A stretch of DNA of 64,000 nt from Paraspadella gotoi (taxonomy: Eukaryota; Animalia; Chaetognatha): positions 1,881,486 to 1,945,485 of the forward strand of contig CM119268.1 in assembly GCA_051294375.1 (NCBI GenBank), in the 5' to 3' direction. Positions 11,601 through 25,409 of this stretch are shown piece after piece (position 1 is the stretch's first letter; each line of letters begins with the position of its first letter). The notes beneath the pieces were generated by a model, which was given only the letters and a program-made list of their open reading frames with translations, searched no databases and was not told the DNA's origin. Both the position numbers and the translations under genes were made by a program.

Positions 11601-14470
11601 TATTATTTCGTTCTTTCGTTCGTCCCTTCATTCATCTCATTTCCATTTTATACAGACGATTGCGAAAAGGATCTGACTTTTTCCGATCTCGAATCCGGAC
11701 GCGTCCTGGCGGCCAAGGGCGAGGACGACGACAAGGACGACTCTGGCCGACAAAACTGGTACCGGGCAAGAATCGACAAACTTCGTTCCTTGGAAAAGTC
11801 CGTCGAGTGCACGCTCGTCGACCACGGGTCGCGCTTGTTGGTCAAAGCGGAAGATTTGCGACGGTTGTCTCCTGAGAACGAAATCCTCGCTTATCAAGCC
11901 ATCAAATGCCGTTTAAAGGTTCCTTCCCCACAACGTTTGGAATTATTAGTGAATTTAAAATTTAGATTTAAATTTAGATTTAAATCTCCTATCCTTTAGG
12001 GATTTCGCGCCGAGGACGAGGAGCTCTACGCCGAGGAATTTTACAACGTTCTCCTGGAAAGTCTCCTGGGAAAAATCCTCTCCGCGCGGGTGGAGGAGCG
12101 AGTGGAGATCGACGGCGAATTGCCGCAGGTCACGGCGACCTTCTTCGACGAGGACGGAAGGAATCTCAACGAGTTCTTGGCCGAGCGGGCGATGGAGTTG
12201 ACGGTGGTGGAGGGCGTCGCCGAAGACCGAGGCGACGAAGACATCGACGATAACGACTACGATGATAACGACGACGGCGACAAAGACGAGGAGAGCGAAA
12301 CTGAGGAGGAAGAGGATAAAACAAGACGACCCGAGTTGCCCGCCGTTGGGGAGAAAGGCCAGGTAACTTTTTGATCTTATATTATATTTATATGATTAGT
12401 TGATAAACTTTACCCATTACTTTTATTTTTTTTAGTACTACATTTCGTTCATCTCCTCGGATGGCGAGGTTTTTCTTCAAGCTCCTTCGGCGGCTCTCGA
12501 CGACGTGATCGACCTGATGGCGTCGTTGGCGCCGGGATTGGAGGCCGCGCCGGCCGAAGAGACGCCGCCGCTGGAAGACGACCTCTGTTGTGCCAAATCC
12601 GACGATGACAAGCAATGGTACAGGGCCGTTGTGGAAAAGGGTAAGGACCAAGGAAGAACTTTTTTAAAAAAATGAATGCGACAAATAATAAACGGCAATT
12701 CCAATGTGTCGCGCTGTATTGACTTTCTTATCAAGTATAATCGTTTCTAGAATATTAGTAAATTTAAAATGTGAAAGCTTCATGAATGATCTGTAAAGTA
12801 TTAATTTAAGTCGGTATTATTCAAACCTACGGAAAAGTTTTGAAAGATCAATAATGAAATCTTTTCTCGCAGGCGACGACGACATTTCTCCCTCTCGCCG
12901 TCGCGTCTTCTTCGTGGACTACGGAAACACAGAAGTCGTTCCCGTCTCTCTCCTTCGCCGCGTTGCCGAGACGGAAACGTCCAACCCTCTCACACTCCTG
13001 CCCTTCCAGTGCGTCAAGACGGAACTCCACGGGTTTCCGCCGCCGGGTCTTCGATGGACGTCCGGCGCCGCCGACCGCCTCTGGGAACTCTGCACGGGGA
13101 ATGTCGAGGAAGAGACGGTTGTGGTGGAGACCGTTGAACGACCATCCGACGATACCTCCTCCACCGTGTCGTCGATGTCCTCGTCGTCGGCGCCGTCTCG
13201 TTTTCCTTCAGTTCGACTTTTCGTGACCTTGAAAGGAGACGGTGGACGCGAGCCGACGAGACTTTGTCTCAACGACGCCATGATGAAAGAATTGTATCTT
13301 TTCGAAGAGATCGACGCGGTGCTGCCGTCGAAGGATGACGGAATCGCTGGATCCGAATGTCGCGACGCCGCCTCAACGAGTTCCTTCATTTTCGATGACT
13401 CTGCGAGTGGCGTCTCGACGAGAGGCAACGAAGAAAACGCCGCCAGTGACCCCGGCGCTCTCGACGTCTCTGGCCCCGTCGAAAAGGGTTTTTTGGCTTC
13501 TCTAAACGGCTTAACCCTCGGGGATTCTGGCGTCGTCGTGCCCCACCTTCCTTCGTCACCCCCGAAATCTGCGGATTCCCTTTCCCCCTTGGCCCTTCCC
13601 TTTCGGCCCCGCCTCTCCGCGACCGCCAGCCCGCCCCGCCCGATCACTAAGCGGCCGAGCCCGCCGACTGAATCGCCTAAAACTTCCCTCGATGTCGCCG
13701 CTCCAGAATTCGTTCCTTCGGCGCCGACGCCGTCTCGGCCGACGACGCCGACGACTAGGACCGACGCCGTCTCTGCCTCGGACAACCTTCCCGGCTTCCC
13801 CATCGATTACTCTTCTTGGACGTGGACCCCGGCGCAACGAGCCCCCGTCAAGAACGAGGAGATGGAAGTCCACGTCCTCTCCACCTGGAACGGACCCTCT
13901 CGCTTCATCGTATCCCGCCTCGGTTCCCGACGCGCCTACTTGCAGCTCGAGGCCGCCATGAACGAGTTCTACACGAACCCGGAGAACGTGGTTCGCAGTC
14001 CGCCGACGCCGCTGCCGCTGGGCGGACTCTACGTCGGCTTCTTCTCGGACTTTGATTCTTGGTATCGCTTCACCGTTAAGAAGGAGGAGCCGTTGCACAA
14101 GCGCAAAGGCGACACGGCCGTCATCGCCCACCTCGTAGACTACGGAGAGATCTCCGTCGTTCCGCGACATCTCGTTCAACCTCTCTACCTCCAGTTCCGC
14201 GAGTTGCCTTACCAGGCGTACTCGGCCGAGCTGCACGACCTCCGACCGCCGGGCGGGGGACTCTCTTGGTCGGTGGAGGCCAAGGAAGCTCTGGACGATC
14301 TCATCGTCGACAAGGACCTCTTCGCCGTCGCTGCCGACGTCAAGTTCTCCGCCGACATCTTCCCGCGGATCAACCTCACGCTCAGACTCTTCGACACTTC
14401 GGGCGACGAGGACGTCGTCGTCGCCCACGAGATGATTCGTCGGGGTGTGGCGCAGTCGAGGACCAAGTGA
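8647..14470 (+). CDS. TDRD7: LOTUS + multi-Tudor protein, TDRD7/Tapas-like (germ-granule/piRNA pathway); several apparent frameshifts at about 9490-9780
   Basis: N-terminal extended LOTUS (IRSCLISSKEGV..GQEIPFRELGYPTL..ETATIARLVSDQRSSKK), a second LOTUS-like segment, then about four extended Tudor repeats (WYRF..FLDFGN; WYRA..LVDHGS; WYRA..FVDYGN; WYRF..LVDYGE). An extra exon at 10824-10957 is missed by the ORF track. Confidence 0.82.
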
Positions 14471-15106
14471 AGCCGAGCGGCGCGGGTGGAGATCGCGCTC
14501 TCCTAGTCACGATCGGTCGGCTGTGCATTTTACGAAACAATCCTCTTTGAAACTTGGTTTGGATTATTTCCTCTCTCAGACAAATCGTTTTCGACGACGT
14601 TATTCTAGGTAAATTTTAAGTCCTGAACGTAAAATCGAAAATACCCTTGATATTCTTGTTATGAGCCAATGGATTACTTCTTATGGATTAGATGCAGATT
14701 ATTTTATATGCGAATTTTCCCACTGTATTGCTAAGCTTTTAGTTTTTTCGGTTGTTTAAATCTATTATTAAATCCTGTTGATCCCACAATATTAAGAAAA
14801 CGTATCTTGCCGCCAAAAAAACTTTTTTTTATTATTTTTTCTATTATTGAATTTAAATGTTTGTCTAAGTTCGGTCGCTTTGCCATCGTCTTTTTTTTTT
14901 TTATTTGCGGACACTTAATTATTGCGCGAATTTGGCGAAATTAGGAAATAAACTTTTGTCTATTGTTGATATTTTGAAACTGTTACATTTTCAACGTTTT
15001 CGGTCTCTGATAATCGTTAACAAAAATCTAGTGTTAATTTATTTCGAACTTGTCTTATTATTACTATACTTGTTTGCAGTCAGGTTAAATTAAAGTAAAA
15101 CAGACA

Positions 15107-15847
15107 ATGGCGGAAAATGAGCAAGAGTACGCCTCGATATTTTTCGGGTTTACTCCGGGTTCCTTCGCGGATCATATCTTTAACCTGAGCAATGGGGTCG
15201 TCGTCGATTCCCTGAAAAACTTTCGAAAGGATATGCTGGAGAAGGTCGATCGCTGATGTAGTTCCTTTCGTTTGAGATCTGTTTGATTTATATACGTATT
15301 AGGTTTCCTATTATTAAAAATTCTTGTCACGATTTTCTACTCAATGTCATTAACGTTGCCCGATATTCTCGGACAGTGCGATCCGGCGAAAGTGGGGGAA
15401 TTCGAGAAGGTCTTCGAAAAGTTCATCGCCTCGGCGGAGAAGCACGGGATGGCCTGCAGCGATAAACTCAAGTTCGTCCTTCAGTCCTTCATCTTCAACG
15501 TTCCCGATCACATCGTCCTCGAGCAAGACTCAGCGCAAGAGGAGATCGAGGGAGCGAGTCTGGAGGTTCCTTTCGAGAATGGAGAGAGAGAGAGCGTGTG
15601 AGTGTGTGACCTGATGCTTTTCTTCCTCGATCCCAAGGACATTGACGCGGAGATAGAAGAGACTCGGAAAAGGATCGTCGCCGTCAAATTTGCTCTTCGG
15701 ATGTTGGACGAGGCGTGGACCGAGAACGAGGATTTGTTGAAGGAAATGGAGAAGGGCGAGAAGGAGATTCAATCTCAGTCAGACTATATTGACTTTGTCG
15801 CCGCCGATGTCAAAAAAACGTTGGACCTTATTATTGAGTCAATTTGA
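15107..15847 (+). CDS. MIS12: Kinetochore protein MIS12, 3 exons
   Basis: MAENEQEYASIFFGFTP matches the Mis12 Y...FFGFTP signature; also FIFNVPDHIVLEQD and a C-terminal coiled coil. Exon 1 (15107-15244) is absent from the ORF track. Confidence 0.85.
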
Positions 15848-15997
15848 CTTTTGTTTGTTTATCTTTTTTAATCGTTGCTGTTAGATTAATGGTTATTTTT
15901 TCCAAATTTGATTGTTCGCCTTTTAAAATACTATAATACATCTACATCTTTTCATTACTTTTTTTCGATTTTATATTTTCTAAGACGAGTAAAAAAA

Positions 15998-17218
15998 ATG
16001 GGGGATATTTTCAGACTCTTATACTCGACGCGAGTCGTCAAAACGGGAATCGCTCAGATGTTGATGGGATTCGCTTCTTTTTTTCTTCAAATCTTCATCT
16101 TGATTCCTAAATTCACCTACAACTCTTCCATGACCGTTGCTCAAATAAGCGTGCCCGGTCTCTGGGCGGGAGTCTTCTACATTGTTTCCGGCGTCACTCT
16201 TATTTCCGCCGGGACGCGTCCCGGGCGACGCTCGGTCCTGGCGACGATGATCGCGAACCTGGTCACGTTTCCGGTCTGCGCGGTCCACGCCCTTCTCGTC
16301 TCTTGGTCGATCGGCAGCGAGGATCGTCGCACACTCTACGCCGACGACGACAATCCGTTGACGAAGGGCAAGGGCTTCCTTTATCCCCTCAACGTCTTTC
16401 TCTACACTCTCGCAATCCTTTGCGCTTACGCCCAACTCTGCCTGATATTCCAGGCCGTTCTGTTTGTGAAAGAAGCTGTCGTCGCTTGGAAGAAGACAGT
16501 CGCCCCCGCTGGCGTCCATGGCGAGAAATTCGACTCGGTCGTCGAGGACGACAACGACCCCGATCGAATTATCCACGTCTCCTCGGAAAATCCGTCGCCG
16601 CCAGAGAATCGAGCCTTTGTCGACGCGGCGCGCTTCATCGGCGGCCTTCAGTCATGCTTGGCCGCGACGGCGCTCATCCTCAACCTCATTATCCTAATCG
16701 TCGTCGACCACTTTCTCCATCAGCCTTTCGTTAATCTGAGTCAGACGACCGGCTCCGCCATCTTCGCTGCCCCATTTTTCTTTCTCGCCACTTATTCGGC
16801 CATAAGCGCAGCGAAGGCTCCCAGCGACCGCCGCGTCGTCGCCTTTTTATGTTCTTCGATCCTTTGCGAGGGAATGTCTTTTCTCGAAGGAATGGGACCA
16901 GCGCTCGCTCTGGCCAACCGCGATTGGGCGATGAAGGTCCATTCCTATCGCAAGTGCGATCGTTATGGAAACTGCGAAACGTTTTACCCGAGCGAGAAGG
17001 AACGAGATGGATGCCAAATATACCTCGTCATTCTTAACGCTTTCATCTTAGCCATTTCCGTCTTGCATTTTGCGCTCAGCGTTTGGGGCGTCGTTGCTTC
17101 TTGCGCGGCGCTCGTTTTTGATGGCGTCGGCGCTTCCGCCGATAAGCAGTTGGTTGCGAGTGGCCGCTGTCGAAGACGAGCGAGGAAAGAGAAAGACGAC
17201 GAAGCTTTGTTGGTGTAG
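15998..17218 (+). CDS. Intronless multipass membrane protein with two tandem CD20/MS4A-like domains
   Basis: The G.xQ...G(L/I)(W/F)xG/A.F..(S/T) pattern occurs twice (TGIAQML..PGLWAGVFYIVSG; IGGLQSCL..SAIFAAPFFFLAT), with about 8 hydrophobic segments. Confidence 0.65.
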   Translation: MGDIFRLLYSTRVVKTGIAQMLMGFASFFLQIFILIPKFTYNSSMTVAQISVPGLWAGVFYIVSGVTLISAGTRPGRRSVLATMIANLVTFPVCAVHALLVSWSIGSEDRRTLYADDDNPLTKGKGFLYPLNVFLYTLAILCAYAQLCLIFQAVLFVKEAVVAWKKTVAPAGVHGEKFDSVVEDDNDPDRIIHVSSENPSPPENRAFVDAARFIGGLQSCLAATALILNLIILIVVDHFLHQPFVNLSQTTGSAIFAAPFFFLATYSAISAAKAPSDRRVVAFLCSSILCEGMSFLEGMGPALALANRDWAMKVHSYRKCDRYGNCETFYPSEKERDGCQIYLVILNAFILAISVLHFALSVWGVVASCAALVFDGVGASADKQLVASGRCRRRARKEKDDEALLV

Positions 17219-17482
17219 GATCGCGAACCTAAGTCCTAACCATACTGCAAGATTCTTTGAAAGTTTGAAAATACTTGTTAATTTAGCAAGTAACGTCGCG
17301 TCGTTCGGTTTTGACGACGTCAAAAAAAATATTTTTTCTGCTTTTAACTTTGCTCTTTGGTGATACTAATTCTACTTTATTTATTTTATACTCGTCCTCT
17401 GACAATTTTTGTATATCAGATCTGTGATATATGGGATATCTTTTACGGTTTACAACAGCCTTATTCTTTTCCAGTCACGGCG

Positions 17483-18664
17483 ATGCTTTCGTTGGCTTTT
17501 TTCTTTGGGGCCGCGGGTCGCTCCCGCCCGCTATTGATAATCTCCTGTAGAAAATCGCTCATTAAAAATGTCTCGTCTGGTGCGAGAACCCAAACGGAAG
17601 AGATCGCGGAGGCGGAGTCACCATCGAAAGCTTCCAATATCATGCCACCACCAAAGCCCAATGTTTCCTTCAAAGCGCTAAAGAAACTGAGAAAGAAAAG
17701 CGGGTTCCCAATGTTCGTTTGCCGGCGAGCGTTGGTTGAAACGCAGGGTGACGTTGACGGCGCCGTCGAATGGATCACCCGACAGGCCGAGTCTGAAGGA
17801 TGGGTCAAGAAACCAAAGCTAAAACTCCAGGCGGGGGTCATTTCGGCCAAGGTAGAGTTTCTTGGAAAGAGAACGCGAAATATTTTTTGTCTCTTAAAGT
17901 TAAATAGTTTTTTTTTTCTATATCATTCGTCGCCTTGAAACGTACAAAAGATTTCCCGAACTGAGGCGGTCTTGCTGGAGATGAATTGCCAGTCGGACAC
18001 TTTGACTCGTAACAACGATTTCCATCGCCTCGTCGACGCCGTCACCGAGGCCGTTCTTCGCAACGCCCACTCGACTAACGCCGACCGATCCGCGGTAGTT
18101 CCCGACGACGTCTCAGCCCAACCGGCCGTCGTCGAAAAGCTTCACCTAGATACTCCCCGTATTCTGGAGATCGCGGATCCTTCCGTTCAAAAAATCGTCG
18201 CTCGCGGCGTCGCCAAACTCGGCGAGAACATCTCCCCTCGGCGCTGCGCCATCTTGCGCCTCAATCCTTCCGGTGTTTCTCTCATTTCCCCGTCGCCGCT
18301 CGAGCCAGTCTTCCGTTTCGGCAATTACATCCACCCGAGCGGCGTCGGCGGCGTCGCTCGCCCGCTGGGCCGATTCGGCGCTATCGTCGCCTTCGCCAAA
18401 GTCTCCGATTCCGTGAACGAGCGCGGGTTCAACTTCGCCGACGTTGGACGAAAACTCGCGCAACACGTGGTCGGGATGAACCCTTCGAGAGTCGGCGGCG
18501 AAGAGACGGAAGTGGAAATGACGGGAGAGACCTTCGCCGAGAAAAGGATGATGGAGCAAGAATATTTGTTCGATCCCTCGCTGCTCGTCAAGGATTATCT
18601 TTGTCTCCACGGTCTAGTTCTTTTGGACTTTGTTCGATTCCAAACTCGAACGAGTGATCGTTGA
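17483..18664 (+). CDS. TSFM: Mitochondrial elongation factor Ts (divergent), one intron
   Basis: Presequence; UBA-like LKKLRKKSG..CRRALVETQGD..AVEWI; EMNCQSD; KLGENI; GRKLAQHVVGMNP; QEYLFDPS..DFVRFQ. Confidence 0.85.
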
Positions 18665-18883
18665 TTCAGTCTCGTCCCTTGTTTTAAAATGTTGTACGTT
18701 ATTGCCACTGTACTACTAGAATTTTTTTATTTAAGTTGTTGTCATTTTAATATTACATAGTTCCTCTTTTTTTCCGATCGGTAGGGCCTTTTTTTGCTCG
18801 GGTTTCGGTTCGCGAATTATATCTCCTAAACACTGAAACGATTGTCCCCCCACCTCCCGCCACATTTGCTTCACTCTCCCGCC

Positions 18884-20036
<1,153 letters not shown>

Positions 20037-20412
20037 TAATTTTTTTCACCTTGCTCTCCATCCATAATTGTTTTTAGCTTCAAACTTCAAACTTTTTATT
20101 GTCGCGCACTAAACAAAATAAAATGATCGAAAAACAGTAATTCCGCAATTTTCTTCTGCATCCAGACTTGGGGGGGGGGGAAGACTTATCTTTTTGTTGC
20201 CCGTTTGTAACTGTGATTTTTTCGTAAAACTTCTTTTTGCTCGTCTCTTTCAGAAGGTTAGTTGTAATTCATAATTGATAATTGATGCCAAATGCTACGT
20301 TCCTGCACCTATTTGACTTGTTTTTTTTTAAACAGGCACTGAAGAAAACAGGCAACAGGCTACAGTCACTCGAGAAAAGGAATAAACTGATAAATTATAA
20401 AAATTGATCCCA

Positions 20413-23400
20413 ATGAGCGAATTCGAGGACGAGTTCGACGACGACGACGAAGACTTCGCCCAAGCTCTTCTCCAAATCGCCGAAACAGAAGATGCGTCCA
20501 CGTCGTCGACAGTCGAGGTCGCCTCTAACTCCGGACCGGAAGTCGACGCGGGCGTATCCTTGGAGTCGGTGACGCGAGCCAAAGGCGCCCTGCCCACCCC
20601 GGCCGAATTCCCCTTCCCCTTCCCGCCCTATTCCATCCAGAGTGACTTCATGCGCCATCTATACCGCGCGTTGGACGAGGGAAAGATCGGCGTCTTCGAG
20701 AGTCCCACCGGAACAGGGAAGTCGTTGAGCCTCATCTGCGGCGCGCTGTTGTGGCTAAGGGATTTCGACCGGAGGCGGAAGGTGGAGGTCGCCGCTCAGG
20801 TTGGACGAGATCGGGGAGATTTACTCTCCTCTCTCTCTCTCTCTCTCTCTCCCCCTCCCTCGCCAAAATTTCGCCTCACAAATAATTTTAAAGGTGGCTA
20901 AATTAGAATCGTCTCTCTCGACGGCGGACTCCGATGCGGGCGACGACTGGATCGCAGCCCACGAGTCCCGCTTCCGACTCCAACGCCTCTTGGAGCCATG
21001 GAAGGAAATCGTTCAGCGCGACGAGACCCTTCGCGTTCGTCTCGATGCCATCCGTGGCAGAAGCGGCGTCGAAGACGCCGAAAATCCGAGAAAAAGGCGC
21101 CGGATCGAAGCGGCGTCCCGACTCGGCAAAGAGTTTGAGACGCTGTATCCCGAAGGCGGAGTCGCGGGCGAAGCGATCGGCGAGGACGAGATTAAATCGG
21201 ACGAGATTGAAGACCGGGAACTTCTGGTCGACGTCGCTGGGAAAGAGGAAGACGATGTCGAGGACGACGACGAAGAACAAGACGAAAAACCCTTCGTTCT
21301 CAAGATCTTTTTCTGCAGCCGAACTCATTCCCAACTGACCCAGTTCGTAAGCGAAGTGCGCAAGTCTCCCTACGGCGAGGACGTACGCTTGGTGGCGTTG
21401 GCGTCTCGTCAGAATCTTTGCGTCAACGAGGGAGTCCGAAAATGGAAGTCCCTTCAACTCATTAACGAGAGATGTCAGGAAATGAGGGATGCTAAGAAGG
21501 GGAGCGCGAAAAGGTGTCCGTATTACAAGCAGGAGGCGATCCAGGTTGGTTTGGGAGAGGTTATTTTCTCGTCCCTTTAAAGTTATTTTTAACTTTGTAG
21601 AGTTGCATTTTGGAATTGAGAAGAACAATTAGAATAACATTTTATTTGGCAATCATTGATAATAACCAAAATAGGCGCTCTCCGATCGAATTCTCACTTC
21701 CGTCGCGGACATCGAAGACTTGGCCTCTTTAGGCCGACGTGCCCGTGCATGTCCTTATTACGCGTCTCGCTCGGGAATTCCGCTCGCCGAGATCGTCGTT
21801 CTTCCCTACAATCTCTTGCTGCACAAGAGCACCCGCGAAGCTTGCGGTATCGATCTCAAGGATCAAGTGAGTCTCTCTTTGACACTTATCTTTTATCTCC
21901 TCCGTCATTGTCTCTCCAAGATCGAGCCAACTTTCCCCCTTACTCTGCCACTTCTCAGATCGTCATCATCGACGAGGCGCACAACCTCATCGACACCATC
22001 ACATCCGTTCACTCTGTCGAAGTCACCCTGTCTCACATCGAATGCGCGCATGCGCAATTGACGAGTTACTTGACCAAATATCAGAAACGCCTCAAGACGA
22101 ACAACGTGTTGGCCATTCGACAAATCCTCTTTATTCTCAATCGCCTCAAAGTGACTCTGGAAAAAATCGATCCAGGGTAACAAAGTCAACTGGAACATTT
22201 CCTCCTTTCCTTCGACAACGATAATCAAGTTGCCCTGTCATCTTCCCACAGTTCTCCCGACGTCCGCCTCCTCACCCTCTACGACTTTCTCGACGTCTCC
22301 GATCTCGTCCACCAAACGATCACCATCCCCCGCCTCCTCAAATACATGGCCGACTCCCAGATCTGCCGCAAGTTGCAGGGATTCGCCGATAAATACTCTC
22401 CCTCCGCCTTGCGGGAGGCGGAGCGGGCCGAAAAGGCCGATCCGAATGTCGGGGGCGTGACCCGTTTTCTGGAGCAGTTGAAAGCTTCGAAGAAAGTCGC
22501 TGCGGAGACGAAGACGTCGAAGCCGGCGTCGGAGGAATCGAAAGCCGAAGAAGAAAGTTGGCGGAGAAAGTCTCCGCTGACTCTGATTCGTGGATTCCTG
22601 GAATCACTTCTCTCCGACAATCAGGACGGAAGAATCGTCCTCAAGTCGGTTCCATCTTCGGATCGAAACGGAAACGAATCCCTGGCCAACGAAACCTCAC
22701 CTTCCGAACCTTCCCTTCGCTTTCTCCTCCTCAACCCCGCCAAGGCCTTCGCCGACGTGATCGCCGACGTCCGCAGCCTCGTACTCGCCGGCGGCACTAT
22801 GGAACCCGTTGACGAAGTGGAGAATCAACTCTTTGCTCCGAACGGCGTCGGCGTCGAAAGGATGTTGCGGTTCTCCTGCGGTCACGTGGTTCCCAAGGAG
22901 AATCTCTTGCCCTTTGTCGTTGGAAAGGTGAATTGGTCTTAGCGGTAGCATTACTTAGTTTATGTACATTTATATATATAAATATATATAACGATCTGTG
23001 GTTCCTATTTAAATCTCATTTCGCGTTTCCATAGGGTCCTTCAGGAATGCAGATGGAATTCACCTTTAAAAATCGTGGAGATTCGGCCCTCGTCTCTGAA
23101 CTAGGACAGTTGCTTTTGAATTTTTCAAGAGTTACTCCGGGTAAGTTTAACCGAGACGAGAAAGACAAACGTTGCTTTTAAGAAACAACGGGAAGACAAA
23201 TGTAGGTCAAGATGTTTGACTATAAGAATAGCCTACTTTAGTATTAAATTATTTTTCAGGCGGCGTAGTCGTTTTCTTCCCCTCCTACGACTACGAACGG
23301 CTCGTCCACGGTGCCTGGGATCGCTCCGGACTCCTCTCCAAACTCCAACGTCTGAAGAGGATCTTTCGCGAGCCGAAGTCATCTTCGCAGTTGGAAAACC

Positions 23401-23919
23401 TACTCGGGAAATACTCTGCGTGCGCCAAGGCAAACGGCGCCATTCTTTTCTCCGTTGTTGGCGGGAAAATGAGCGAGGGTATGAGACTTTTTGCCGCCTA
23501 ATTTATGCTTGTAATTAAAAGATATTAATCTTGTTTGTTTTCCTTTCTTTAAAGGCATCAATTTCTCGGACGATCTCGGCCGTCTCGTAGTCATGGTTGG
23601 TCTCCCCTACCCTAACAAGTTTTCCCCCGAGCTCAAAGAAAAAATGAGGTTTCTCGACGCCACTCTGCCGGCCTCGTCCCCGTCGCCGGGTCAACGCCAC
23701 TACGAGAATCTCTGCATGAAGGCCGTCAATCAGTCGGTAGGGCGCGCCATCCGCCACCGCGCCGACTACGCCGCCATCGCATTCGTCGACTCCCGCGCGG
23801 CTCGCCCCGGCGTCGTGGGCAAACTCCCCGCGTGGATCCGCGACAAGTTGGAGAGGAAGGAGGATTTTTCGCGGGCCTTCGCCGCCTTAAAACATTTTTT
23901 CGACAAAAAAAGACGATGA
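20413..23919 (+). CDS. DDX11: Fe-S DNA helicase DDX11/ChlR1, about 8 exons
   Basis: [29 protein letters not shown], four Fe-S cysteines (NLC, ERC, RCPYY, ACPYY), [42 protein letters not shown]. Confidence 0.95.
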
Positions 23920-24109
23920 AATATTTTTTTCAAATTCTGTCTTATTTTTTTTTAATGTTATTTCAATGTTGTTTCTTAAAGAGCATTGCTGAATGGTTAA
24001 TTTATATTTTTTTTAGCATTTACCGATCCTCGCTGTCCGTTATAAACTCAGATCTTTAATTTAAAACGTGTTTCATACATGGTCTTTTGAATAACATTTC
24101 GTGCTCATT

Positions 24110-25324
24110 ATGTCGTCAACCGAATCGACTTCATGTTTCTCATCCAACCCTCAATTATTCCCGCCCCACGAATCTCCATCCGACTTCGAAACCTTCGTCC
24201 CACCGTCCCTCGATTCAGGAGGCGCCAACGACGCCGTCTATCTGCTCGTGGCTTCGTCGAATGGCGCCTCCGACTCCATTTCCAGTTCAACACAAGATTC
24301 GCTTCCGGCGTTTGGTCAAGCCTTGGATTCGGTTCCCCTCTCTCCGAATTCGCTCGTCGATTCGGATCTCCCCTCCGTCTCTTCCTCTTCCATTCTCTCC
24401 CAGGCCATCGCCTACGCTCGCATCTTTCCGGAAGACGGTCGAATAGAAGACTTGTTCGACTCGCATCCCAACGACGATCTTCCGCTTTCTAATCCAACTT
24501 CGCCGCGATCCAACACCTCACAACTCCCTCTTGCACAGTCTTCCCCCAATGACGCGCTTGACCCCGCCGGAGAATCGATTCCGAACGCTCCCGGTGATCG
24601 TAACGAAGTAGACGACGACGAACCGCCACATTCTCGAAACTGCCAATGTGTCGCTCGCCGGAGCAAAAACCCACTTCATGGACGTAACCCAACTTACGCG
24701 CGCTGTCGTTTCCGAAAATGCGCGCACATCTTTGCTTGCGTAGACGCGTTGAAGCGGCACGCGCGCGGACATTCGGCAAACCGGAAGCTCATCTCGGAAT
24801 CGAATCGAAATTTCTCTAAAGCGTTGGAGGCGGAAGACGAACGTCTCCGGTGCCCCGTTTGCCGCAAAACCTTTGGTCTTCCTCAGCACCTCAACGAACA
24901 CGTCCGAGCTCACTTGTCCGGCCGGAACTTTCGTTGCGAAACGTGCGCGCTTGTGTTCTTGGGCGAGGCGGAGTTGAATCGCCACCGCATAGACGTTCAC
25001 TCGTCGGGCCAAGTCCGAGTCTTTCGATGCGACTCTTGTTCCAAAACATACGTGCGAAGGGACTTGCTTACTAAACACCGACTCAAGGTGCACCAGGAGG
25101 CCTCGGAACCATCGAAACGATTCGTCTGCGGTCGATGCGACTATGTGGCGTTCACGGAGAACGCGATGAAGGATCACGTTTCGAAGAACCACAGTCCCAA
25201 AACTCAACAACGACCGTCGTTGAACGGTTGTCGCAAGCGACCAACTTATTCCTGTCAAATTTGCCATCAAAACTTTAATTGGAAATCTGTTTTAAATCAT
25301 CACATGAAAACTCATTTCTTGTAG
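24110..25324 (+). CDS. Intronless C2H2 zinc-finger protein (about 6 fingers, Ser/Pro-rich N-terminus)
   Basis: Repeated CxxC-x12-HxxxH units, e.g. CPVCRKTF..LNEHVRAH and CQICHQNF..LNHHMKTH. Confidence 0.88.
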   Translation: MSSTESTSCFSSNPQLFPPHESPSDFETFVPPSLDSGGANDAVYLLVASSNGASDSISSSTQDSLPAFGQALDSVPLSPNSLVDSDLPSVSSSSILSQAIAYARIFPEDGRIEDLFDSHPNDDLPLSNPTSPRSNTSQLPLAQSSPNDALDPAGESIPNAPGDRNEVDDDEPPHSRNCQCVARRSKNPLHGRNPTYARCRFRKCAHIFACVDALKRHARGHSANRKLISESNRNFSKALEAEDERLRCPVCRKTFGLPQHLNEHVRAHLSGRNFRCETCALVFLGEAELNRHRIDVHSSGQVRVFRCDSCSKTYVRRDLLTKHRLKVHQEASEPSKRFVCGRCDYVAFTENAMKDHVSKNHSPKTQQRPSLNGCRKRPTYSCQICHQNFNWKSVLNHHMKTHFL

Positions 25325-25409
25325 CGTTTTACTATCACATTGAATGTTTTGTTTTATATGAAGCTCTGCAGATTTTTTTGTTTTCAGGTCTTTAACCCTT
25401 TAATATAAT

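Noticed and set aside
11518-11655. Stop-free 138-nt intron that would add a hydrophobic segment to TDRD7
   Set aside because: It has canonical GT-AG ends and a TTCG microsatellite; T-rich introns translate as hydrophobic by default, and retention would split a Tudor domain.
12919-14428. Long minus-strand ORFs opposite genes (also 18731-19408, 20903-21628, 24518-25270)
   Set aside because: Antisense shadows of GC-rich coding sequence with no recognisable motifs.
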